From: Octopus sinensis
Taxonomy: Eukaryota
NCBI RefSeq assembly: GCF_006345805.1
Contig: NC_043004.1
Span: 100,068,001 to 100,132,000 of the forward strand
Direction of reading: 5' to 3'
DNA length: 64,000 bases
The translations under genes and the position numbers were made by a program. The notes beneath the pieces were generated by a model, which was not told the origin of the DNA, searched no databases, and worked only from the letters and a program-made list of their open reading frames with translations. Positions 52,708 to 64,000 of this stretch are shown here, piece after piece. The stretch's first letter is position 1. Each line of letters opens with the position of its first letter.

Positions 52708-53005
52708 TGGAGACACATGGCCTAGTGATTAGAGGCAGGGGACTCGCGGTCGAGGGATCGCAGGTTCGAATCTCAGATGTGTGTGTTAATGAGCGAAACA
52801 CCTAAGCTCCATCTGGCTCCGGCAGAAGTTAATGGCGAACTTCTGCTGACTCTTTCGCCACAACTCTGTCTCACTCTTTCCGCCTGTATCTTGCAGCTCA
52901 CCTGCGACGGACCGGCGTCCCGTCCAGTGGGGAACCTATACTCCAAGAAAACCAGGAAACCGGCCCTTATGAGCCAGGCGTGTCTCGAGAAGGAACAAAC
53001 AAGAA
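52708..53005 (+). mobile_element. SINE with a D-like head and a B-like tail
   Basis: Head GACTCGCGG..GAGCGAAACACCTAAGCTCCA..GGCTCCGGCAG; tail GGACCGGCGTCCCGTCCAG..GAAACCGGCCCTTATGAGCC. Confidence 0.75.
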
Positions 53006-53026
53006 AGGATTATAAGTGCACCTTAA

Positions 53027-53230
53027 GGTTGTGAGCTGTCAGAATATTTAGCACGCTGGACAAAATGTTTAGCGGCATTTCCTCTGACTCTAATTACGTT
53101 GAGGATTACTTTGCTTTTCATCCTTTCAGATTGATAAAATAGATATTAGTTAAGATCCGTGTTCGATGTCATCGACTTGCCCCTCCTCTAAATTTACAGG
53201 CCTTAATTCGATGTTAGAATGAATTATAAA
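53027..53230 (+). mobile_element. SINE-C, diverged
   Basis: AAGGTTGTGAGCTGTCAGAA head and TTTGCTTTTCATCCTTTC core. Confidence 0.6.
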
Positions 53231-53436
53231 TGCGCCAAAATAGATTGAGTGCTGGTTCAAATATCTTACATTAATTAGTTAAAGCTCTTTACATTCTGAG
53301 TCCAAATGCAGCTGAGATCAGTTTAGTTTTATACTTTCGGAGATGAAATGCTGGTTCGATTTAATCAAGTAATTCCTCTCCAGAGTTTTCTACGCTAGAA
53401 AATATTATAGCTTATATTATTATAATTATTATAACA

Positions 53437-53530
53437 GCAGGAGTGGCTGTGTGGTAAGTAGCTTGCTTACCAATCACATGGTTCCGGGTTCAGTCCCACT
53501 GCCTTGTGGGTGGAAAATGAAAGAAGCTTG

Positions 53531-53574
<44 letters not shown>

Positions 53575-53789
53575 CGTGTGTGTGTGTGTGTGTGTGTGCG
53601 TGTGTCTGTCTATCGGTCGGTCTGTGTCTGTATTTTTGTCCCCCGTAACTTAGCGGTTCGGCTAAAGAGACCGATAGAATAGGTACTAGGCTTACAAAGA
53701 ATAAATCCTGGGGTCGATTTCCCCGACTAAAAGCGGTACACCAGCATGGCCGCAGTCAAATGACTGAAAAAAGTAAAAGAGTAAAAGAG
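53437..53789 (+). mobile_element. SINE-A with internal deletions
   Basis: Head, TA/TG tract and tail are present. Confidence 0.9.
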
Positions 53790-54419
53790 TATAACTGGAG
53801 CTAGATTGGCAGGATCTTGGGACTTCGGAGAAAATTCTTTAACATGTATTCACGACATTATACATTTTGAGTACAAAACTCGCCGATATCAACATTGTTC
53901 TCCATCAAACCAGAAGCAATAAAAAAAATGTTCCCGAAAAGAATTGTATTTCAGTGCAATCGACTAACTCTCCGTCCTAATTTCCAGTCATTGTACTTAA
54001 GTTTAAATTAATTCTAACGTTACAAGCAATGTTCGCAAGGGAATATAGAACTGATAGTACAGCGGACCAAAGGCCTAGCAGCATTTTACGACTCTATATT
54101 TTCTAAGTTGAATCCACACTTTCAGATTCAGTTTTTACCTTTCGTTGTTCAGTTTAGATCGTTTGTCCAAATTAATCACTTTCCTTATTCCATTTACTTT
54201 CCTTGTTTAGATCCCAAAGGAATAGATATCAGCCCAAGTAATTGAGTAGTGCATGGGTTAGATGTAGTCCTCAGCATTCCACCCAGCTAATTTCGTGGCC
54301 CCGTGCCAATATTAGGAATCAATAACATCACATGTATATAGTCAATTCTGCTTCTCTCTTTGAGCGATTCAACTTATTCCAAGTTTTCCATACTTCCATG
54401 ATTATTACATCAATTGATT

Positions 54420-54517
<98 letters not shown>

Positions 54518-54560
54518 ATTTATCTATCTATCGATCTGTCTCTTTCTCTCTCTGTCTTTC
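54420..54560. repeat. (CT)n tract
   Basis: Direct reading. Confidence 0.9.
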
Positions 54561-55299
54561 TATCTCTCTCTCTCCCCTCCTCCTCTCCACTGGATTCGTC
54601 CAACAGGCGTCTGGCAGATGAAGAAACATTGCAATGCAGTCGTTTCATTTAAATTCGTTATTTTTTTGTTACTGTTACTGTTGTTGTTGTTGATTTCTTT
54701 GTCGCTAGTCATCAACAAAGTTCCTACCTTTGTTTTACCATCCCTGACTGATACGCTGCCAATGTCGCAAATATTGGAAATATTTCTTTCAATTCTCTTA
54801 CAACCTTATTTCCGTCTCTTATGATTTGATTTTGATCTGATTTCATTTTTATACGCATATATTAATTGCATATCTGTCTGTTCTTTTAACAGTTTGGCAC
54901 TATCGTTTTCTTCTTCTAGACATTTCTATTTCCAGATGCCTAGTTCTCTTTTCTTTTCTTTTTTTCTTCTTCTTCATCAAAGATGAAATGATTAAGCATC
55001 GTATAAATTGTCTTCATATTCTTCCAAGAAATTGCAACTGGCCGTGTCTGTGGAGAGTGCGAGATTATTGAAAGAAAGTGTCGGACTACCGGTTTACATC
55101 CTGTCACTGGTATTGTTTTTCTCTTTATGCCAGCTTCAATTACTCTAGGCTGCCTGGTGAAGTAGCGAGTGAATAGGTTCCATGAGTCCGTCCAGTTTTG
55201 CACTGAAAGCAGCTGGAGTAGTGTATCATTTTAGTTTCCAACAATTATATACTCGCAGTTACGAAATATTTATTTTGAGTCTTTCTACGGTTGGATGAC

Positions 55300-55497
55300 G
55301 GAACGATGATGACAATGACGATGATGACGTCGATTGTGATGACGATTGTGATGACAACGACGACAGTGGGGCGGTAGTGATGGTGGTGGTGGTGGTGGTG
55401 GTTTTGGTGGCGGCGGCGGCGGCGGCGGTGGTTGTGGTTGTCCCACTGGTGGTGGTTGCGTTGATGATGATAACGACGACTACGATGATGACCATGG

Positions 55498-55532
<35 letters not shown>

Positions 55533-55540
55533 GTGATGAG
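55300..55540. repeat. Compound trinucleotide array GAT/GAC-GGT-GGC-GGT-GAT
   Basis: Direct reading; source of the poly-H, poly-M and poly-V ORFs. Confidence 0.9.
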
Positions 55541-55764
55541 TGTACACCGACATAACAGTCAGCCTGATTACGGAATTCATGTTCTTGTATTTTTTTTTCT
55601 TTCATTTATTATTTTTTTATTCAATTCATTCCGAAATTTCAGTTCCTTACATTTTCTTCCCATTTCCTGCTGTCATTTTTCTTTTATTCCTGATGCCTTA
55701 TTTCCGATAATACTTTCTTCTTTTTTCTTTCCGTCGCTTTCGTTCTCTCCCCACTTTTCTCTCA

Positions 55765-55827
<63 letters not shown>

Positions 55828-55828
55828 C

Positions 55829-55866
<38 letters not shown>

Positions 55867-56409
55867 TCATATATGAACATATGTATGCATTTTCTTTATG
55901 TTTCAATTCCATTGTCTTTGTTTTATCTTCATTTGTTCGTCCATTTTTCACTCCACTCCTATTTATTGTCCTAATTTTACTCGATATTCCTCGAAATTCC
56001 CCCTCTATTGTATTGAATTTTCATTTTTCTTAGCCTTTCTATATATCCTTTCCTTTTTATTTGGAGCCTTTTGATATTTCTTTCTTTCTTTGTTCCTCCC
56101 TCAATTTCATTTCTTTGAATTTTTTCCAGTTATTTCCAAGCCATTAAAACCGTTCTTCCTGTTCTGATTCACTCACAGCCATACGAAAAGACAAGACAAT
56201 GTCGCAGATAATGAAGTCTTGTATTACGGAAACACTTGTTAGTTACCTCATATACATCATTCTTTCTACGTCTTTTTCTCCCTTTTCATTTCTTATTCAT
56301 AATTATTGTGTCATTTCGAATTTTTATTATGTTTCCTTTTCTTTGAATATTCTTTTTTTTATCTTTTATCTTTTACTTGTTTTAGTGTTCAGACAGCAGC
56401 CACGTACAT

Positions 56410-56655
56410 TAGTTGAATGTATCGACTTCAGTACCTATCTTTGCTTGGTACTTATACTTTCAGTCACTAAGTCAAGAGGTATAAGAGAAGACACAGGCAC
56501 AAAGACACACATGTATATACATATATATACGACAGGTTTCATTCTGACTCAGTCTACCTAATCTGCCCAAAAGACTTTGGTCGGCCCGAGTCTATAGTAG
56601 AAGACACTTGACCAAGGTGCCACGTAATGGGACTGAAGCATGAACTATATGGTCC
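56410..56655 (-). mobile_element. SINE-A, diverged
   Basis: GGTCGGCCCGAG.CTATAGTAGAAGACACTTG.CCAAGGTGCCACG..GGGACTGAA. Confidence 0.7.
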
Positions 56656-57409
56656 ATAAGCATATATGGTTCACTTTTAACCTCGCTATATGGGCCTAGT
56701 ATTCTTTAAGGATTTCTGTATTTTGCAAATACTCAGATGATATCTGGGAATAGCTCAAAACTTAGTAGCAAAGTTGATGGAAATACATTTGAAAAAGGGC
56801 CAAAAGAATCGTTGATAATTCGAAAAGCAGGATGATTTGAGAACTAGAAGATACACGAATTTATTTATATTTCGTGTTTTGGGTAATGGGCTCGATGTGT
56901 TGTATTGCTGACTTTGTGTCACCCACATCTGTTGGGAGTGAGGTAAGATATCCATGTTGGATAGTTGCAACGAAGAACTGATTAGATGACCTGATAGTTT
57001 GTGAGACAGTTATAGTCTGGTACGTATTAGATTTCGAACTGAGGTGATCACAACCACGAAACGATACTTAGATCGAACAGATGAGATTCTGCTAAAAAGA
57101 AACCCCAGAGAGTTAAACTAGATGGCATCATATACTACAATTAAATCGAGAAAGACAATCGCAGGATCCTATATAGATCGTAATAACGTGACTACAATAA
57201 GTTATGATTATAGAAAAATGATAGAGGAATAATGGAGTTTATTTGATTCTTTTTTTTCTAATTCTTAACTGCCCTGTTAGTAATAAGATTTATGCATATA
57301 ACACAAATGTACACAGACCACAAGCATTCATATAGATGTAGATGCAAGTATACATATACATACATTCCTACATACATACATACATTCCTACATACATACA
57401 TACATACAT

Positions 57410-57440
<31 letters not shown>

Positions 57441-57461
57441 ACACACACACTCACACACATA

Positions 57462-57674
57462 TGGGTACAGAAAAGTTCATGGAAATGAGGGTGCTGTGAA
57501 AAGCCTGGCTGAAGGCCCAAGCATCTGTGTTCTGTTACAGGGCTTAGAAAAACTGAAGGACCGCTACAATAAGTGTGTGAATCTGAGAAGTGAACATTAT
57601 GAACAAAATCACAGTTAACTAATCTTCCTGTATTTTCTTTTACTCAAAGCCAGGATCTTTCCAACATCCCGTTG
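57462..57674 (+). mobile_element. Mariner-type MITE, uninterrupted, diverged
   Basis: CAGGGCTTAGAAAAACTGAAGGACCGCT.CAATAAGTGTG.GAATCT matches the split copy at 13047-14150; degenerate TIRs. Confidence 0.75.
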
Positions 57675-57848
57675 TATATGCACGCATCAGATGACACGTG
57701 GCCAAACACAGAGATGAGTCTGAAACCCAAAAGTCATGAAGCGAGCCTTTTTAACAGCATAACCACACCTTCACACACGCACGCGCGCGCACAAGCACAC
57801 ACACACAGATATGTATATATATATATATGTATATATATATACACATAT

Positions 57849-58735
57849 GTCTCCTTTCTTGACATTTAGGCCAGCATTCATCACTCCACTCGTAGCACCT
57901 CTATCCACTACAAACACACTCATACCTCAACTTCTCCTCCTCCCACCCCAAACACACCAAGCTTTCCATCCCCTATTCCCAATTCCTCCATCTACGTAGG
58001 CTCTGTAGTGACGACCATGACTTTGAGACTTAGTCTCAACTCATGGCCCGCCATTTCATCCTACGTAGATATCCCCTCACCACTATCCACACCACCCTTG
58101 CCAGAGCAGATTCCATGGACCGTGCATCTGCTCTCTCCCCCCGAACCCGTCCTGCAGTCTCCCGCCTCCCTTTTACCCTCACCTACCACCAACCACCTAC
58201 CTCTCCAACGCACCATTCTCCGAGCTTTCCGGCATCTCCAGTCCGACCCGTCCACTTCACACATCTTCCCTAACCGACCCCTTCCCTCCTTCAAACAAGC
58301 CCACAACCTACGAGACTTCTTGGTCCACAGCTTCTTCCCTGACCCTACCTCCCAACCTGGCTCGTTCCCCTGCTCCCGCCCACGTTGCCGCACTTGCCCT
58401 TACCTCACCGGCACCCATCATCGACCCTATTGCATCACTGACTCCTTCACCTGCACCTCCAGCAATATCATCTATTGCATCTCCTGCTCTCTCTACCATT
58501 CTCAGTACATCCGACAAACGGGACGCCGCTTGGCTGACCGGTTCGCGGAACACCTCCGAGACATCCGCCTCGGTAATGACACACCGGTCTCACGCCATTT
58601 CCGCTCTACCGGTCTCTCTTTGCAATATCTCTCTGTGTTCGGATTGTCCTTGCACAGAGGCATCCTGGCTCCCGTTTGCGCTGTGAACAGGGATTAATCT
58701 TCTGTCTTCGCTCTTTTACGCCATTTGGGCTCAAC
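57849..58735 (+). pseudogene. Penelope-like element C-terminal region (RT thumb, linker, GIY-YIG endonuclease)
   Basis: VSFLDI..IHYK / SIPYSQFL.LRRLCSD..F / LPFTLTYH / PCSRPRCRTC / FTCTSSNIIYCISC..YIRQTGRRLADRFAEHLRDI; stops and frameshifts. Confidence 0.92.
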
Positions 58736-58739
58736 TCTC

Positions 58740-59280
58740 CTCCCCTCTTCATCTAATCTCCTCCCCTTGCCTCTCTCCCCCTCCCGCGTACTTCCTCCCA
58801 CCCAACTGTCCTCTCTTACCCCGACTCCTACTTCTCTTCACTCCTACTTTTCTTCAACGCTACTTTCTTTCCCTCTTCTCTCTTACTCTCTTTCTCTCTT
58901 TCTCTCTTCTCTCTTCTCTTTTACTCTCTCCTCTTTCCCTCTTTCCCTCTTCTCTCTTACTCTCTTTCTCTCTTCCCTCTTTCTCTCTTCAATCTTATTC
59001 TCTTTCACTCTTCTCTCTTCTCTCCTCTTCTCTCTCCCCACATACCTGCCTTCCCCTCCCCATAAGCCCACCCCACCCCTAAATATTCTAACTCCACCTT
59101 CTCTATCCTTCCCATCTCCCGCATCCCCTCCCTCATCCCATCCCACACACCCTCTCCCACATACTCCACCTCTACCCCCACACTCTGCCTACCCACACAC
59201 CCTCTCCCACATACACGCACACGTTTAGACCACCAGCCCTCTTTCACACGCACATACATACTCTCCTATACACACACGCA
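58740..59280 (+). repeat. Long irregular polypyrimidine tract in the Penelope 3' region
   Basis: Direct reading. Confidence 0.8.
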
Positions 59281-59359
59281 CCTTCGTGTTGGGGGTCATC
59301 TTTACTTTGTTATCTCCCCTACTTCTTACCTCTCGTGTATGACCCTTCTGTCTGGCAGT

Positions 59360-59514
59360 CGCCATGATAGATCGTTAGCCACTTCACACATTTTTTTCTC
59401 TCCTTGTTTTATCTGTGTCCCTTTTTGTAGAAGAGCGTAGGCTCGAAACGTAAAAGATTTTTTCTATTCCTGAGCGTTATACTAATACATCTGTTTATTT
59501 TGTACACCACCTGT

Positions 59515-59520
<6 letters not shown>
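59360..59520 (+). mobile_element. Terminal-repeat segment downstream of the Penelope ORF (hammerhead-like motif at 59421-59457)
   Basis: GATAGATCGTTAGCCACT...GTAGAAGAGCGTAGGCTCGAAACGTAAAAGA...CCTGAGCGTTATACTAATACATC. Confidence 0.7.
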
Positions 59521-59559
<39 letters not shown>

Positions 59560-59601
59560 ACACACGTTTTTTTTCAGCCTCTGTCTAATAAATAAACATA
59601 C

Positions 59602-59700
59602 AAGCTTCTGGTTGACTGGGGGCTATTGTAGAAGATACTGGTCCGAAGAGTCGCGCGGTGGCACTGAACCCGCAACCATGTGGTTGGGACAAAGCTTCAC
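59602..59700 (-). mobile_element. SINE-A head fragment, diverged
   Basis: GCACTGAACCCGCAACCATGTGGTTGG. Confidence 0.6.
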
Positions 59701-59852
59701 ATCTGCACCTACATATATATATATATGTATGTATGTATATATACATGTATATATATATATATAATGTAGGATAACATTTTTTCGAAAAAATTTTTTATCA
59801 ACGGCCAGCATATTAAAAAGTACCTTTAAAGGTTAAATTATAAATTCATAAG

Positions 59853-59885
<33 letters not shown>

Positions 59886-59925
59886 GATAGATAGATATAT
59901 AGATAGATAGAGAGAGAGAGAGAGG

Positions 59926-59993
<68 letters not shown>

Positions 59994-61066
59994 GAGATAG
60001 ATGTGTACGTATACGTGTGTGTGTGTATTCAGCGATATAGATATAAAGAGAGAGAAGCGGGGCAGAGAAAATCACGGAGAAGCTTTTAAATGGTGAAAGA
60101 AGGAAATTTGCCGTGTATTTGCACGTTTACACGATTTTTAAATAAAGTGAGGACATTTAATATATAGATAAAAACATAACAATTCTTCAACAAATTGCTA
60201 AGTTACTTCATTCTTTCAGAATTTCTGCAACCTTGAAAATATTTGAAATAAAACTGAAACGTAAGAAATAAAATTTATAAGGTGACTTAAGTAAAAGTTA
60301 GTATTTTTGGTTTTTATATTTTTTTTATTTTCGCTGTGTTCCATTTTATTATTTTTTATTCTAGTTTTTTTTTATATTTATTTGTTTGTTTTTTTAGTTT
60401 TTTTTTTTTTTAGTTTTGCAAAGCGAATCAATATTGATTGATTTTTTCTGTAAGATGGATAGATGCAATTTAACGTCTGTCTCTTCTTTGTGTTATGTTT
60501 CTGTCTTGTTCAAGTCAATTCAAGTCCATTTTAAGCAGTCTAAACCATTCAGCTACTTGTCGTCAATTTCCTGTCTGTTCTGCATTACAGCATGGAGTCG
60601 TCGTCATCATCATCCTCATCATCATCATCATCATCATCATCATCAGTCTCAGTGTCGCCGGCGTCATCGTCGTCAACGATATGATGATCGTCAGCATCAC
60701 CAACCACGACGAGCATCACCATCAACACCAGTAACTATAACCAATACTAATGACTTCATAATCATCATCGTACCTCTTATATATATATGTTTCAAATGCC
60801 GCCGGGTAAGAGTGGAATATGTGATAAGATATGAGTTCACAATTTTCTTTTTTATTCCGCGAGATCAAATGTCTTAAAAGCTACATGTTATTGTGCTTGT
60901 ATGTATATACAAGTATTTATGCATATGTGTTTTTTACAATGATGTATGTACGTGTGATAGTCTATTCTTTCTACTACGTGTATTCTACAAATGTGCACAT
61001 TTTTATACCGTAGCGTGTAGTATTGTATATATAATATATGTATATATATATATAGATACATATATA

Positions 61067-61141
<75 letters not shown>

Positions 61142-61453
61142 TTTATATATATATATTTATGTATAGTTTACAATAATGTATAGTTATAGACAGATTACAA
61201 CAAAAGCTGTCTCCTTCGCTCTCAGACGAAAGGTGAATGACCCAAACCATTCTACTCACCTCCGTAGCAGCTGAACTTATACAAATTCTCTTTCAACAAT
61301 TTCTTGCTGAAATACGTCATGTGGAGTTCATGCTTACTTGAAATTCGTCAATGATTCACTTTTTCTCTACGTATAGAGTTTCTCTTTCCGTCTCATGGTG
61401 TGTGTGTGTGTGTGTGCGTTTATGTTTGTGTATATATATATATATATATATGT

Positions 61454-61517
<64 letters not shown>

Positions 61518-61814
61518 CACTATCTGATGTCGCTGGGTCAGAAGTGAGGGCTGGTGGCATTTGATAAAGCTAACGAATATAGCGCTGATGACGGAATTCA
61601 ACTCCCCTGTTTGTGATCCAGAAACACCGTTTCGCTATTAACGGTAAGTGACTGAATTCGTGTATTTGCCACTCCGTTTTGTGTATGTGAGCCGCAAGGG
61701 CCTTCGTTTTTGTAATCTCCACTTATAGAAATGGAAAAAACGGTCTTTGACTGCCATTTCTAATTCCTTCGGTATGAGGCGAAACAGCTTGCTGCTAGCC
61801 AACTTATTTCTCTT

Positions 61815-61901
<87 letters not shown>

Positions 61902-61917
61902 GATATAGGTATATGTC

Positions 61918-62082
61918 GCAGAGGTGGCTGCGTGATAAGAAGGTTGCTTCCCAACCACATTGTACCCGGTTCAGTCCCACTGCGTGGCACCTTGGTCTAA
62001 TGTCTTCTACTATAGCCTCGGTACGACCAAAGCCTTCTGAATGGATTTGATTAACGGAAACTGGATGAAGGCCGTCCTATAT
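61918..62082 (+). mobile_element. SINE-A 5' half
   Basis: Head with B-box GGTTCAGTCCCACTGCGTGGCACC. Confidence 0.8.
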
Positions 62083-62152
62083 AACAAGTAAAGAATAAAA
62101 AAGAGTAAAATAGACTAAAAGTATATACATATATATATATATATACATGTAC

Positions 62153-62538
62153 ACTTTTACTCTTTTACACGTTTCCGTCAATTGACTGCGGCCATTCTGG
62201 TGCACCGCCTTTAGTAAAATACATCGACCCTCGGACATTCTTTGTAGCCTAGTACTTATTCTATCAGTGTCTTTTGCCGAAACACTAAGTTTCGTGGATA
62301 TAGACACACCGACAACGGTTGTCACGCGACGGTGGAGGAACAAACATAGACACAAACTCACATAAATATATATACGCACATACACAACGCGCTTCTTTCA
62401 GTTTCCGTCTACCAAATCCACTCACAAGGCTTTAGTCGGCCCGAGGTTACAATAGAAGACACCCAAGATGCCATACAGTGGGACTGAACCCGGAACCATG
62501 TTGTTAGGAGTCAAGCATCCTATCATACAGCCACGCCT
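62153..62538 (-). mobile_element. SINE-A, near full length
   Basis: Reverse complement of tail, body and head. Confidence 0.85.
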
Positions 62539-62543
62539 AAGTA

Positions 62544-62580
<37 letters not shown>

Positions 62581-62635
62581 AATGTGTGTGTGTGTCTAGA
62601 GAGAGAGAGAGAGAATTCACAAAAAAAAAAACAAA

Positions 62636-62795
62636 AGACGAAAGTAGGTGGTGTAGACAACAAACATATGTATAGTTTAATGCTCGGGAAGTGAAAAAGT
62701 CTTTAACGTTTCGAGCATACGCTATTCCACAAAGAGGAACACAGAATGAAGCAAGGACAGAAAATAAAGAATGTGTAGTGGCTAACGATCTACAC
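62636..62795 (-). mobile_element. Penelope-associated terminal-repeat family copy (degenerate motif at 62701-62735)
   Basis: Reverse complement of the 59360-59520 segment. Confidence 0.65.
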
Positions 62796-63120
62796 ACACA
62801 TATATAATATATATATAATATATATATATATATATTATATTCATACACATTCAGTTGAATAAGTTATTTGAAGGTAAAGCACCTGATTTGGTCACAATGA
62901 AAGGTATTCACAACAATTATAGACAAATATGATATTCGAGTAATGTATGCAATTCTTGAACCCAAATGGGTATATAATCATTTCTTGAGCTATTCAGAAA
63001 CGTTCTTTTTATAAATACATTGTCCATAATATACTTTGAAAACGCGAATAGCAGGTACATATACTTATGTGTGCATATACATATACATATACATAATATA
63101 TATTATATAATATATATAAT

Positions 63121-63153
<33 letters not shown>

Positions 63154-63847
63154 TATTATATATATATATATAATATATCACACACGCGCATATTTTGAAT
63201 ATATTGGAACTTATTTGCAAATGCATTGAGAGTATGTGAATCCTTACAAGCAATGCAAATTTACAACACTAAGATTGAATGCCTAATATTGATGCAATTG
63301 TTTTGGTTTGTACCATTTGATATAAAACAATTTTTTTTTTCATTCTACTCTTACAATCTCCAGACATAATCTATATCTCAATCATTGTAATGATTCTTTG
63401 CCGCGATATCATTATTCTGAAATGTCTTATGCGCAAATACCTCGGTATCTTTTCAAATACATATGCGCATAGACACACACATGAACACGGATACACACTT
63501 TTACATGCGAAGGGGTGTAGGCAGTGTGTGTCACTAAAGATGTGACAAAGTGTCCATTAGGCAACCTCAGAAGGTTTGCGTAATGGAAGCACGTGCTATT
63601 ATATATTACGCAAATATGAAATGCACGTATTATATAATTTTAAAATATCAGTATTTCTTTAACTTTATCATTACTACTTATATATATATATATATATCAT
63701 TACTACTTATATATATATATATATATTTCTATTTCTCTCTCCACACACTCACATTCATATATACATACACACACACACACAATTATATATATATATAATT
63801 GTGTGGTTATGTATATATGTATATATGAATGTGTGTGTGGAGAGAGA

Positions 63848-64000
63848 AAGAAGAAGAAGGAGGAGGAGAAGAATAAGAAGAAGAAGAAAGAAGAAAGAAG
63901 AAGAGAAGAAGAAGAAGAAAGAAGAAGAAGAAGAAGAAGAAGAAGAAGAAGAAGAAGAAGAAGAAGAAGAAGAAGAAGAAGAAGAAGAAGAAGAAAGAAG
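63848..64000. repeat. (GAA)n microsatellite running off the window end
   Basis: Direct reading. Confidence 0.95.

Noticed and set aside
54940-55203. 87-aa minus ORF as an exon
   Set aside because: No motif or convincing splice boundaries; it ends in a low-complexity purine tract.
58008-58697. 229-aa ORF as a functional GIY-YIG nuclease gene
   Set aside because: Frameshifted mosaic of a Penelope remnant; the catalytic motif is altered (YIRQ for YIGQ) and the upstream RT is disrupted.

Overview
AT-rich eukaryotic intergenic or intronic DNA, very likely from Octopus (cephalopod) judging by the recurring tRNA-derived SINE families. It is saturated with microsatellites and transposon debris and has one 100-N gap (19625-19724). 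I see no complete protein-coding gene, rRNA, true tRNA or CRISPR array, and nearly all listed ORFs are microsatellite artefacts. Recognisable content: about 25 SINE copies from four families (called A-D here), five non-autonomous Helitrons with intact A|TC...CTRR|T ends, Tc1/mariner, pogo and foldback MITEs, and LINE remnants (RTE, CR1-like, R4/Dong-like, Penelope). The most interesting signals are: (1) a near-canonical minimal type I hammerhead ribozyme fold at 24278-24353, plus a dispersed family of Penelope-associated hammerhead-like motifs; (2) a minus-strand segment at 32035-32507 resembling the N-terminal extracellular domain of a Cys-loop/AChBP-type receptor; (3) a 3' tail shared between SINE-A and a CR1-like LINE; (4) two Penelope fragments 8 kb apart that fit end-to-end, as expected from an inversion; (5) modular and nested Helitrons. 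All homology calls come from manual translation and remembered motifs, not database searches.
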